Shown here: positions 16,483 to 24,272 of the stretch, piece by piece
Layout of the letters: each line of letters opens with the position of its first letter
Numbering within the stretch: the stretch's first letter is position 1
NCBI GenBank assembly: GCA_010202845.1
Contig: CP047921.1
Coordinates: 450,001-482,000 of the forward strand
DNA: 32,000 bases
Direction: 5' to 3'
Source of the DNA: Candidatus Saccharibacteria bacterium oral taxon 488
Lineage (GTDB): Bacteria; Patescibacteriota; Saccharimonadia; Saccharimonadales; Saccharimonadaceae
Made by a program: the position numbers and the translations under genes
Notes under the pieces: model-generated
What the model was told of the DNA's origin: nothing
The model's database searches: none
The model's input: only the letters and a program-made list of their open reading frames with translations

Positions 16483-16491
16483 ATTATATCA
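16483..16491 (-). promoter_or_regulatory. extended -10 TGaTATAAT directly before the ATGATGATG start of gene 15634-16479
   Basis: Reverse strand reads gTGaTATAATgaaATGATGATG; the gaps to the three ATGs are 3, 6 and 9 nt. Confidence 0.55.
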
Positions 16492-16538
16492 CGCCCAGAA
16501 ATTCGCCTCGTCAGGGCATAGTGCGTTATACTGGTATA

Positions 16539-17573
16539 ATGGATAGGTTACGCGTTCTCCTCATATTTGGCGGCGAGTCATCCGAGCACGAGGTCTCGAT
16601 CAATTCCGCCACTAATGTACTAGTGGCGCTAGACACAGCACGCTACGACATCAAACTATGCTACATCGACCGTACTGGTCAGTGGCGGCTCGTCGAGACG
16701 ATCGAGGCACGCAATCAGCCGAGCCCGCGCCTAACGCCACAGCTCGGCCAGCGGTCACTGCTCATCGACGGCGTTAACCCGCTGCCGATTGACGTGATAA
16801 TTCCGGTGCTTCACGGCAAAAATGGTGAGGACGGCAGCGTACAGGGTCTGGCGCAGCTACTTCACATCCCCTATGTCGGCCCGAGTCTCCTTTCGGCGGC
16901 CGTCACCATGGACAAAGACATGACCAAGCGGCTGGCGCTCGGCGCTCACGTTCCGGTTGTGCCGTGGCGAACGCTAGTAAGTGATGCACCACGACCGACC
17001 TTCGCCGAGATAGCTGATGAGCTTGGTACGCCTGTTTTCATCAAGCCATCCCGCGCTGGCTCGTCCGTCGGTGTCAGCAAGGTTTATTCGGCCGAAGCAT
17101 TCACCACCGCGCTTGACGAAGCCTTTTGCCACGACAACACCGTGTTGATCGAACAAGCGATCACCGCCCGCGAGATTGAGCTGGCCATCCTCAGCCACGG
17201 CACATCTGCCCGCGTCAGCGTACCTGGTGAGATTCTTCCTGGCGAAGAGTTTTATAGCTACGACGATAAGTACAGCACTGCTAGCACTTCGCGCGTCGTT
17301 ATCCCCGCAGACATTGACGAGTCAGTGACGACAGAACTACAGCGCCTCGCACTGGCCGCCTATCACGCGACTAGTGGACACGGTATGGCGCGAGTTGACT
17401 TTTTCCTTGACCCAACGGGCCAGATTTTTCTCAACGAAATTAACAGCATCCCCGGCTTCACCAACATCAGCATGTATCCAAAACTATGGGAGGCTTCAGG
17501 CCTCAGTCCACGGGCGCTGATTGATGAGCTGATCGAGGAGGCGCTTGCCAGCCGCTCTATACGTGGCGTATAA
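16539..17573 (+). CDS. ddl: D-alanine--D-alanine ligase
   Basis: LRVLLIFGGESSEHEVS N-terminus, ATP-grasp core, C-terminal NEINSIPGFT. ATG 16539 is preferred; the first 36 codons of the track ORF cross the divergent promoter region. Confidence 0.9.
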   Translation: MDRLRVLLIFGGESSEHEVSINSATNVLVALDTARYDIKLCYIDRTGQWRLVETIEARNQPSPRLTPQLGQRSLLIDGVNPLPIDVIIPVLHGKNGEDGSVQGLAQLLHIPYVGPSLLSAAVTMDKDMTKRLALGAHVPVVPWRTLVSDAPRPTFAEIADELGTPVFIKPSRAGSSVGVSKVYSAEAFTTALDEAFCHDNTVLIEQAITAREIELAILSHGTSARVSVPGEILPGEEFYSYDDKYSTASTSRVVIPADIDESVTTELQRLALAAYHATSGHGMARVDFFLDPTGQIFLNEINSIPGFTNISMYPKLWEASGLSPRALIDELIEEALASRSIRGV

Positions 17574-17597
17574 TTTCCTTATAAACAGGAGGTAGAT

Positions 17598-18341
17598 ATG
17601 GAAATAGTAGCAGTAATTTTAGTCATCGTACTGATGTTTGTGCTGAGCGGCATAAAAGTGGTCAATCAATACCAGCGCGGCGTGGTGCTGACGCTCGGTA
17701 AATTTACTGGCGTGCGCGAGCCAGGACTGCGGGTAGTGATACCAATTTTTCAGACGATGATGATGGTGGATGTGCGCTCAACGCCAATTGACGTGCCGAA
17801 ACAAGAAGTCATCACCAAAGACAACGTCACCGTCGGCGTTGATGCGGTGGTCTATTTCCGAGTGATTAACGCGCCAAAAGCGGTGCTAGAAACGACCAAT
17901 TACATTTACGCCACCAGCCAATTTGCCCAAGCTGCTCTGCGCGATGTCACTGGTAATGTCGATATGGACGACCTGCTCGCCAAGCGCGAGGAGATTTCGC
18001 AGCAAATTAAAGAAATTGTTGACGCCGAGACTGACAAATGGGGTATCGATGTTGAGAATGTCAAAATCCAGAACATTGAACTGCCTGGCGACATGAAGCG
18101 CGCTATGGCCAAGCAAGCCGAGGCCGAACGCGAACGCCGCGCCAACATCATCAACGCCGACGGTGAAAAAGCTGCCGCTGAAACACTAGCGCAAGCCGCC
18201 GAGATCCTGGCAAAAACCCAAGGCGCGATTAATCTGCGTACGCTAAATACACTGGAGCGTATCTCGACCGAACCATCACAAAAGACGATGATGCTCTTCC
18301 CGATTGAACTGATTGATGCCATTCGCGGCGGTAAAAAATAG
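17598..18341 (+). CDS. SPFH/band 7 (stomatin/prohibitin-like) membrane protein
   Basis: N-terminal TM helix, SPFH core (YQRGVVLTLGKF...TKDNVTVGVDAVVYFRV) and Ala/Glu-rich coiled coil. GGAGG SD upstream. Confidence 0.85.
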   Translation: MEIVAVILVIVLMFVLSGIKVVNQYQRGVVLTLGKFTGVREPGLRVVIPIFQTMMMVDVRSTPIDVPKQEVITKDNVTVGVDAVVYFRVINAPKAVLETTNYIYATSQFAQAALRDVTGNVDMDDLLAKREEISQQIKEIVDAETDKWGIDVENVKIQNIELPGDMKRAMAKQAEAERERRANIINADGEKAAAETLAQAAEILAKTQGAINLRTLNTLERISTEPSQKTMMLFPIELIDAIRGGKK

Positions 18342-18380
18342 AAAATTACCTAGTTTAACCTTAGTTTTAAGAACCTGGAT

Positions 18381-18409
18381 TTGAAATATATTCAATAATG
18401 TGTTAGTAT
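18381..18409 (+). promoter_or_regulatory. promoter TTGAAA-17-(TGt)TAGTAT, 10 nt before ATG 18420
   Basis: TTGAAAtatattcaataatgtgtTAGTATattctaagtaATG, with no SD. Confidence 0.5.
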
Positions 18410-18419
18410 ATTCTAAGTA

Positions 18420-19286
18420 ATGTCTAAACCTCACGAGCTACCTGCAATATCACTGCCTTCAAAGCTGGAATCTGTTATAGATCCTGAAAGAGTATTATCA
18501 AATAGATACAATTATCCTGAGCTTAGCTGGAGTCCTGATATCCATGAGCAAAAAGCTTTAGCTCGTATTAAAGAGACATTCCTTAATGTTGAACTGTCAC
18601 ATGCTACTGCTAGCGACCCTAAACTCCTCCAAACAGAGGGTATAATTCCTCCAAGCGATTTGACAGACAGGCAGGATTGGAGATCGCAAACTGGCAAACT
18701 CGACGAGTCGCTTGGATTAGATCACTATACTTTTCTTCATTGGGGCGCGCTTCATCCAACTGGAAATGGGCGCTATATATTTCCTGTAGAAGCTCGCGAT
18801 ATACTTTTGTCACCAGAAACAATCGTCACTCCGTATGACATCCACTCTACGATGTGTACTTATATGATGAATACCGACGACATCCGAGCACTAGACGAAG
18901 AAGGACAAAGACGTCTTAACGAATATCTAGAAACAATAGTGCCAGGCAAAGATTGGGTTGACATAATTGCCAGACGTGCCCTGCGGCGCATGCAGTACAC
19001 TGATGATAAATCTGTTTACAAAGTAAGAAGTCACTCTGATTTAGGTGAGATAAAACATCTTGGCGCTATATCACCAACGTCACTACACAAGCCTATAGAT
19101 ATATACGATAAACAGACTATGTATTCAAAGTGGCTATCCTTAGTTGAAAATAATGGTCTGGCGGTCTCATATATTACAAATACGTTAGAATTTGGATCAG
19201 CCGACGATAAGGCTGAACTGCAGACCAGCCTTGATAAATCACGAAAGCTGTGGCGCAAGATACTAGATATAGCCCAAAAAAGCTAA
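18420..19286 (+). CDS. hypothetical protein (288 aa), AT-rich orphan
   Basis: Intact ORF, clearly more AT-rich by eye than flanking genes. It has its own TTGAAA-17-TGtTAGTAT promoter ending 10 nt before the ATG. No signal peptide, TM segment or recognisable motif. Confidence 0.55.
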   Translation: MSKPHELPAISLPSKLESVIDPERVLSNRYNYPELSWSPDIHEQKALARIKETFLNVELSHATASDPKLLQTEGIIPPSDLTDRQDWRSQTGKLDESLGLDHYTFLHWGALHPTGNGRYIFPVEARDILLSPETIVTPYDIHSTMCTYMMNTDDIRALDEEGQRRLNEYLETIVPGKDWVDIIARRALRRMQYTDDKSVYKVRSHSDLGEIKHLGAISPTSLHKPIDIYDKQTMYSKWLSLVENNGLAVSYITNTLEFGSADDKAELQTSLDKSRKLWRKILDIAQKS

Positions 19287-19335
19287 GTAATCATAAATAA
19301 AGCTACCTAAGAGTAGTAAAGAGTAAGGAGTAAAC

Positions 19336-19584
19336 ATGCGTAAACAAAACTATACCGAAGAATTTAGCGTTAACGGCGATCAAGTTGTCGAGAAGGTCAA
19401 GCAACTCATCAAAGAAGGTAACGTCCGCCGCGTCATCATCAAGAACGAAAAAGACGAAAGCATCATGGAATTCCCGGTCACTGCTGGCGTGGTAGGCGCA
19501 TTATTACTACCAACACTTGCAGCACTCGGCGCAGCAGTGGCATTGATGGCGCAGTGCACGATTGCGGTAGAGCGACGAGACTGA
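19336..19584 (+). CDS. DUF4342-like small protein
   Basis: 82 aa. VEKVKQLIKEGNVRRVIIKNEKDESIMEFPVTAGVVGALLLP followed by a hydrophobic tail matches my memory of the DUF4342 pattern. AAGGAG SD upstream. Confidence 0.6.
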   Translation: MRKQNYTEEFSVNGDQVVEKVKQLIKEGNVRRVIIKNEKDESIMEFPVTAGVVGALLLPTLAALGAAVALMAQCTIAVERRD

Positions 19585-19602
19585 CTTGATTATTTATCAA
19601 CT

Positions 19603-19677
19603 TGGTGCGGATGGGGAGAGTCGAACTCCCGTCTCAACCTTGGGAAGGTCACATAATAGCCGTTATACGACACCCGC
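19603..19677 (-). tRNA. tRNA-Gly (anticodon CCC), CCA encoded
   Basis: Reverse complement GCGGGTG...TGACC-TTCCCAA-GGTTG...GGAGTTCGACTCTCC...CATCCGCACCA. The anticodon stem contains two G-U pairs. Confidence 0.75.
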
Positions 19678-19753
19678 GACGAGAATATTATACCTGATTC
19701 TCCGCCAAACTACTAGAGTATTGTAGCATTTTCTTGACGCTTACGCTAAAAGT

Positions 19754-19781
19754 TTGACATATAATTTTAGTGCGCTACAAT
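19754..19781 (+). promoter_or_regulatory. GH16 promoter TTGACA-16-TACAAT, 6 nt before ATG 19788 (leaderless)
   Basis: TTGACAtataattttagtgcgcTACAATagacatATG. Confidence 0.6.
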
Positions 19782-19787
19782 AGACAT

Positions 19788-20963
19788 ATGACGAAGCGAA
19801 AACTGGTTACAACTAGCATAGCAACTCTTATCGTCATCGGCGGCTTGTCGCTTGGCGCACTGCACTTCTTGTCGCAGGTAAATAACGCCCCGCCCCAAGC
19901 GACAAAATACGCTGACCGAACTACGTCGCCGACTGGCTCATCTGGCTCATTGAGTACCGATAATCGCTCTCGCTCTGATACCAACTCCACGAACGACAAT
20001 CAGCAATCAAGCAAGCCTAACCAAAACACTGACAATAAACCGACGCCAGCTGAGCACAATTGGGTAACGCAGACGATGCGCCAGAATCAAGCCCAGACCA
20101 CAAATCAACAGCCCGAACGTCACGACCCTCATGGCTCAACTGAGCAGACTAATCAACTGCCGCACAACAACTCATCAAACAATAACTCTAGCAATAAGAG
20201 GCGCAAGCGTAGCGTTCCAAGCCAGCCTCAGCCATCAAAGCCCAGCGGCCCGGCGAACCACGACCGAAACCAGGCGGCAATTGATGGCTGGCAGATTGAT
20301 TATTTTGAAGGCTTTGACTCGTCGATCAAGCAAACTAAATGGGTGCAGTACGGCTGGGGCGATCCAGCGGTTGGCCACGGCTGTATGGGTGTGATGTCGC
20401 AGCGTAATTCGTTCACTCGAGACGGCAAACTGGTAATTCGCACTCAGTACGAGAACGGCCAGTGGAGCACTGGCGGCGCCGGCTCGGGCGATGTATTTAC
20501 CGCTTCACGTGGTCGCTGGGAAGTTCGCGCCAAGTTCCCGAAAGCCAAAGGTGTCGGCTACGCATTCCTTCTCTGGCCAAAGGACGAAGGCTGGCCACCA
20601 GAGATTGATTTCGCTGAGGGGCACGTCAATGGTCCTCGTGTTGAGGCAACGTACCACTGGGATCCGGACAACAAGCAAAAGCAAGCATCCCTTGATAATC
20701 ATGATATGAGCGGCTGGCACACGTACGGCGTTATCGTCGAGAAGGATCACATAATCTTTACGCTGGATGGTAAAGAATGGGGTCGCATCAAGCATCCGAA
20801 CGTAACCGACAAGCAGATGTTCCTCGGTGTACAGGCTGGAGCGATGAACCCGAACGGCATTAATAAACATACCGAGACCGTTGACGGCGGCGTACCTAAT
20901 CCACTCACGCCAGCTGTATCCGATATCGAAATTGACTATGTAGCGCATTACGTGCGGAAATAG
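19788..20963 (+). CDS. membrane-anchored GH16 glycoside hydrolase (beta-glucanase/laminarinase-like) with a long low-complexity stalk
   Basis: N-terminal TM anchor LVTTSIATLIVIGGLSLGALHFL. About 125 aa of S/N/Q/T/P-rich linker includes KRRKRS. The C-terminal beta-jelly-roll carries the GH16 catalytic motif EIDFAE at nt 20601-20618. ATG 19788 is preferred over the GTG at 19770 in the track. Confidence 0.8.
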   Translation: MTKRKLVTTSIATLIVIGGLSLGALHFLSQVNNAPPQATKYADRTTSPTGSSGSLSTDNRSRSDTNSTNDNQQSSKPNQNTDNKPTPAEHNWVTQTMRQNQAQTTNQQPERHDPHGSTEQTNQLPHNNSSNNNSSNKRRKRSVPSQPQPSKPSGPANHDRNQAAIDGWQIDYFEGFDSSIKQTKWVQYGWGDPAVGHGCMGVMSQRNSFTRDGKLVIRTQYENGQWSTGGAGSGDVFTASRGRWEVRAKFPKAKGVGYAFLLWPKDEGWPPEIDFAEGHVNGPRVEATYHWDPDNKQKQASLDNHDMSGWHTYGVIVEKDHIIFTLDGKEWGRIKHPNVTDKQMFLGVQAGAMNPNGINKHTETVDGGVPNPLTPAVSDIEIDYVAHYVRK

Positions 20964-20967
20964 CGGC

Positions 20968-20996
20968 TTGCCAGATAACGGCAACTTTAGTACAAT
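20968..20996 (+). promoter_or_regulatory. promoter TTGCCA-17-TACAAT for the tRNA-Phe/tRNA-Gly unit
   Basis: TTGCCAgataacggcaactttagTACAAT, 16 nt before the tRNA-Phe 5' end. Confidence 0.6.
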
Positions 20997-21012
20997 GAAA
21001 TAGCAAGTTTGT

Positions 21013-21088
21013 GGCTCTTTAGCTCAGTTGGTAGAGCAGAGGCCTGAAGAGCCTTGTGTCCCCAGTTCGAGTCTGGGAGGAGCCACCA
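21013..21088 (+). tRNA. tRNA-Phe (anticodon GAA), CCA encoded
   Basis: GGCTCTTTAGCTCAGTTGGTAGAGC...GAGGC-CTGAAGA-GCCTT...CAGTTCGAGTCTGG...GAGCCACCA. Confidence 0.9.
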
Positions 21089-21137
21089 AACATTGCATTT
21101 TATTCGCGGCTTTGTTACAATAAACCGTGAACCACAT

Positions 21138-21213
21138 GCGGGTATAGCTCAGTTGTTAGAGCGCTTCCTTGCCATGGAAGAGGCCAGGAGTTAGAGTCTC
21201 CTTACCCGCACCA
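21138..21213 (+). tRNA. tRNA-Gly (anticodon GCC), CCA encoded, non-canonical D-loop/T-loop pair
   Basis: GCGGGTATAGCTCAGTTGTTAGAGC-G-CTTCC-TTGCCAT-GGAAG-AGGCC-AGGAG-TTAGAGT-CTCCT-TACCCGCACCA. The D-loop reads GT where GG is usual and the T-loop reads TTA where TTC is usual. Confidence 0.85.
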
Positions 21214-21223
21214 CAATGAAACA

Positions 21224-21243
21224 GGCGTTTTGACGTCTTTTTT
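21224..21243 (+). terminator. intrinsic terminator after tRNA-Gly(GCC)
   Basis: GGCGT-tttg-ACGTC (one G-U pair) followed by TTTTTT. Confidence 0.6.
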
Positions 21244-21332
21244 ATATTGTTCAGACTAACCCAAATGGATAATTAGGGTTCGTTGTATAATTTCTGGCAA
21301 GAAACCTATAAAGAAGTTCTTATTTTTAGCTA

Positions 21333-21361
21333 TTAACTAATTATGTTATTTATACTATATT
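21333..21361 (+). promoter_or_regulatory. candidate promoter TTAACT-17-TATATT, 10 nt before ATG 21372
   Basis: TTAACTaattatgttatttatacTATATTagtgattactATG, with no SD. Confidence 0.4.
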
Positions 21362-21371
21362 AGTGATTACT

Positions 21372-22517
21372 ATGAATATATTTCGTGAACCCGGATATCA
21401 ACTACCAACTGATAATCAAGGCCAGAACAACCTTGAGAAAGAGTGCGGTGTCCAGTCGTCGGAAGCAGACGATCAACCACAGGACCCCGCTGTCGTGCGC
21501 TCACTGGGAGAGTTCGGACTCAGAGAACCTCTCGCGCCAGAGCCATCAGCTGACGGACAGCGTATGGATGGGCTGCCACCAGTAGATGAGATCCCTGATT
21601 TATTATCACGGCTTAGCCCTATTCTAAATCTGGAGCACGATAGTAATGAGCCTTCTGATACTGTGTATCTGCGGGCAAGAGAGGCGGAGAAAACCCCAGA
21701 AGGAGAGCGGACTCTAGAACAGCGGCAACTCATTAAAGACATAGAAACTATGGGGTCATTTTCACAAGATCCACTCTATAAGTTTGCTTATACGCCCGAG
21801 GAGTTGCACGGCTTAGTGCTCGAGCTTCTTTCATTAAAAGAAATGCGCCGGCCTAATCTAAGCGGTGTTGAGAATAAGATACTGGATATGGCGGCCTTTA
21901 TTCGGGGCGAGGGCCGCGAGAAACTGGGTGGAGTAAAGGTTGACGGCCTGTTGACACGGTCTACAAATGACAGACGCCAGGGGGTGCGGTGGGATACACT
22001 AATTAACTGCGCCCGAGACATTACCAGTACAATTAGATCGGCGATAGACGGTAAGGGCGGCGGCATGTCTAATCTATTAATAGACATTAAAAGCCCCGAG
22101 AGTAGAGGTACTAAAGGAAAAAATAATATTGATCTCACGCCGGTGTATCAGTGCGTCGCTGACGTCTATGCTTTCAGGGTTATCGGCCAACGGGACGTCC
22201 CTATTTATGACAAGAACTGCGCTACGTTTATAGCTAATTGCGATATAATAAACCAATGGTATGAGGACGTCGAGCAAACGCTAACGGGAGTCCCTCGCGA
22301 ATATAAAATTCAAGGATATAAGACTGGTGCGGCTTGGACTATTAATAACATGGTCAATATCATGAACGAGCGACTAGCTGGCAATCATAAGAGTGGTATT
22401 AAAAAAGACTACAGGTTGGATCCCGCTGGCGCTATTGCCCAGCAACTACACCTTGGACGTGCTGTTGAGGAAATCCGAAATATGCTCAAGATAGCAAACG
22501 CCGGCGATAACCAGTAA
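21372..22517 (+). CDS. hypothetical protein with RelA/SpoT-homologue (RSH, small-alarmone-synthetase-like) sequence motifs; function unknown
   Basis: 381 aa from ATG 21372 (the track uses GTG 21363). The N-terminal ~130 aa are acidic, Pro-rich and low-complexity. The C-terminal part carries IKSPES (nt 22086-22103), DVYAFRVI (nt 22161-22184; compare SpoT DIYAFRVIV), RDVPIYD, and REYKIQGYKTG, in the order and approximate spacing of RSH synthetase motifs. No EIQIRT-type catalytic strand found. Confidence 0.35.
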   Translation: MNIFREPGYQLPTDNQGQNNLEKECGVQSSEADDQPQDPAVVRSLGEFGLREPLAPEPSADGQRMDGLPPVDEIPDLLSRLSPILNLEHDSNEPSDTVYLRAREAEKTPEGERTLEQRQLIKDIETMGSFSQDPLYKFAYTPEELHGLVLELLSLKEMRRPNLSGVENKILDMAAFIRGEGREKLGGVKVDGLLTRSTNDRRQGVRWDTLINCARDITSTIRSAIDGKGGGMSNLLIDIKSPESRGTKGKNNIDLTPVYQCVADVYAFRVIGQRDVPIYDKNCATFIANCDIINQWYEDVEQTLTGVPREYKIQGYKTGAAWTINNMVNIMNERLAGNHKSGIKKDYRLDPAGAIAQQLHLGRAVEEIRNMLKIANAGDNQ

Positions 22518-22568
22518 GGCTGGAGACACCGGCTCTGGCTATTAGTAATGCAGAGCCACTCCACCTAT

Positions 22569-22597
22569 TTGCCCAAATCACCCATCTCACCTATACT
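22569..22597 (+). promoter_or_regulatory. GH13 promoter TTGCCC-17-TATACT, 6 nt before ATG 22604 (leaderless)
   Basis: TTGCCCaaatcacccatctcaccTATACTtaaactATG. Confidence 0.5.
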
Positions 22598-22603
22598 TAA
22601 ACT

Positions 22604-24196
22604 ATGAAAGCTTGGCACAATGTCGCTTCTCTGTATCAGATTTATCCGCGTAGTTTCCGAGACACCAATGGCGACGGAATTGGCGATTTGAATGGCATTA
22701 CCGAAAAGCTGGACTATTTGGCATGGCTGGGCGTTGACGGAATTTGGATTTCGCCGTTTTTCCTATCGCCGATGACTGATTTTGGCTATGATATTTCCGA
22801 TTATCGAGCAATTGATCCGACATTTGGCGGACTGGACGATTTTCGGGCGCTATTAGAAAAAGCCCATATCCTAGGCATTAAAGTCATGATCGACCTCGTT
22901 CCCTGCCATACATCTGACCAGCATCCATGGTTTCAGGAGGCTCGGTCATCACGCGATAACCCTAGGCGTAATTATTATGTCTGGCGTGACGGGCGGGATG
23001 GCAATGAGCCAAATAATTGGCGTAGTCTGTCGGGTGGCAGTTCATGGGAGTTTGATGAGCAGACCAATCAATTTTATCTCCATTCGTTCCTAAAAACACA
23101 GCCGGATTTGAATTGGGATAATCCTGCGGTTCGCGATGAGATGAAAAACGTGGTGCGATTTTGGTTTGATATGGGCGTAGACGGCATGCGAGTTGACGCG
23201 ATTTGGGGCATTTCGAAAGACCCTGAGTTTAGTGACGATTCGCCAAATCCTGATTTTCACGGCGATCCTGAAGCCTACGGCACATTCATTCACGACCACT
23301 GTAAAATGGGGCCGCATTTTCAAGAATATCTGCATGAGCTGGCGTCAGTTTGCGATGAGTATGACGACAAGCAGATGGTGTTTGAATTTTATCCGGACGA
23401 GGGGTTGGGTGATATCTACCAGCAGTACCACAAGGTTCTGACGGCCCACCCGAAGGCGTCGGCGTTCTTTATGGAATATCGCCAGGACGAGTGGCACGCG
23501 GAGCGTACTGGGCAGAAGATTGAGAAATATCTGCAGGCGGCAGGATTGGCCAAGCCGTTTTTCTGCGTTGGTAATCACGATCAGCCGCGCGTCGCCTCGC
23601 GGCTCGGGACAGAGCGAGCACGAGCACTGCATTTTCTCAACCTGCTCACGCCGGGCGTTAGCGTGATGTACTATGGTGACGAGATTGGCATGACTAATGG
23701 CGAACTGACTACTGAGGATATTCAGGACAATTTCAGTCCCGCCAATTCCACCATTGACAGCCGCGACCTGGAGCGCACGCCGATGCAATGGGACGATACG
23801 CGGTTCGCTGGATTCTCAAGCGTACAGCCGTGGCTGCCCGTTCACGCCAACGCGATAAGAACCAACGTCCTGACACAGGCCATGCACCCTGACTCACTTC
23901 TACACCTGCACCGACGGCTGCTTCACCTGCGGCGGAGTATGCCAGTGTTGCAGCACGGTACGCTTGAAGTGATTAACACCGGTAATGGATTTATCCTTGG
24001 CATCAAACGAGAGCTAGGCAGCGAGTGGGCTTATATTTATATTAATTTCGCTGATGCACCACAGCATTTTTTTATCCCAGAAAATACCGAGATCATCGCC
24101 TCAACCCACCCCTACTGCTCCACCATCGATAATAATCAGCAGCTAACAATTCAGAAATATTGTGGGGTTTTATTATTGCCGCAGAATAATGGGTAA
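22604..24196 (+). CDS. GH13 alpha-glucosidase / oligo-1,6-glucosidase family
   Basis: 530 aa. YQIYPRSFRDTNGDGIGDLNGI, DLVPCHTSDQHPWF, GVDGMRVDAI (nucleophile Asp), VGNHDQPR; no signal peptide. Confidence 0.9.
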   Translation: MKAWHNVASLYQIYPRSFRDTNGDGIGDLNGITEKLDYLAWLGVDGIWISPFFLSPMTDFGYDISDYRAIDPTFGGLDDFRALLEKAHILGIKVMIDLVPCHTSDQHPWFQEARSSRDNPRRNYYVWRDGRDGNEPNNWRSLSGGSSWEFDEQTNQFYLHSFLKTQPDLNWDNPAVRDEMKNVVRFWFDMGVDGMRVDAIWGISKDPEFSDDSPNPDFHGDPEAYGTFIHDHCKMGPHFQEYLHELASVCDEYDDKQMVFEFYPDEGLGDIYQQYHKVLTAHPKASAFFMEYRQDEWHAERTGQKIEKYLQAAGLAKPFFCVGNHDQPRVASRLGTERARALHFLNLLTPGVSVMYYGDEIGMTNGELTTEDIQDNFSPANSTIDSRDLERTPMQWDDTRFAGFSSVQPWLPVHANAIRTNVLTQAMHPDSLLHLHRRLLHLRRSMPVLQHGTLEVINTGNGFILGIKRELGSEWAYIYINFADAPQHFFIPENTEIIASTHPYCSTIDNNQQLTIQKYCGVLLLPQNNG

Positions 24197-24210
24197 CTAT
24201 TGCTTATGTC

Positions 24211-24239
24211 TTTACAGTTTGAGTATACTGTTCTACAAT
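24211..24239 (+). promoter_or_regulatory. promoter TTTACA-17-TACAAT for the HsdR-N-like gene (33-nt leader with GAAGGG SD)
   Basis: TTTACAgtttgagtatactgttcTACAAT. Confidence 0.5.
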
Positions 24240-24272
24240 ATCTGCAAGTTTAGTTAATAACGAAGGGTAACT

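Noticed and set aside
20505-20984. 159-aa minus-strand ORF opposite the GH16 catalytic domain
   Set aside because: The GH16 frame carries the EIDFAE catalytic motif. The antisense ORF has no promoter, no SD and no motif.
22521-22563. Long imperfect hairpin (GGCTCTG/CAGAGCC core, outer TGGAG/CTCCA) after the RSH-like gene
   Set aside because: It probably ends that transcript, but no U-tract follows it. I left it unannotated as a terminator because the evidence is structure only.
23345-23788. 147-aa minus-strand ORF inside the GH13 gene (also 23090-23335)
   Set aside because: It is antisense to a well-supported alpha-glucosidase.
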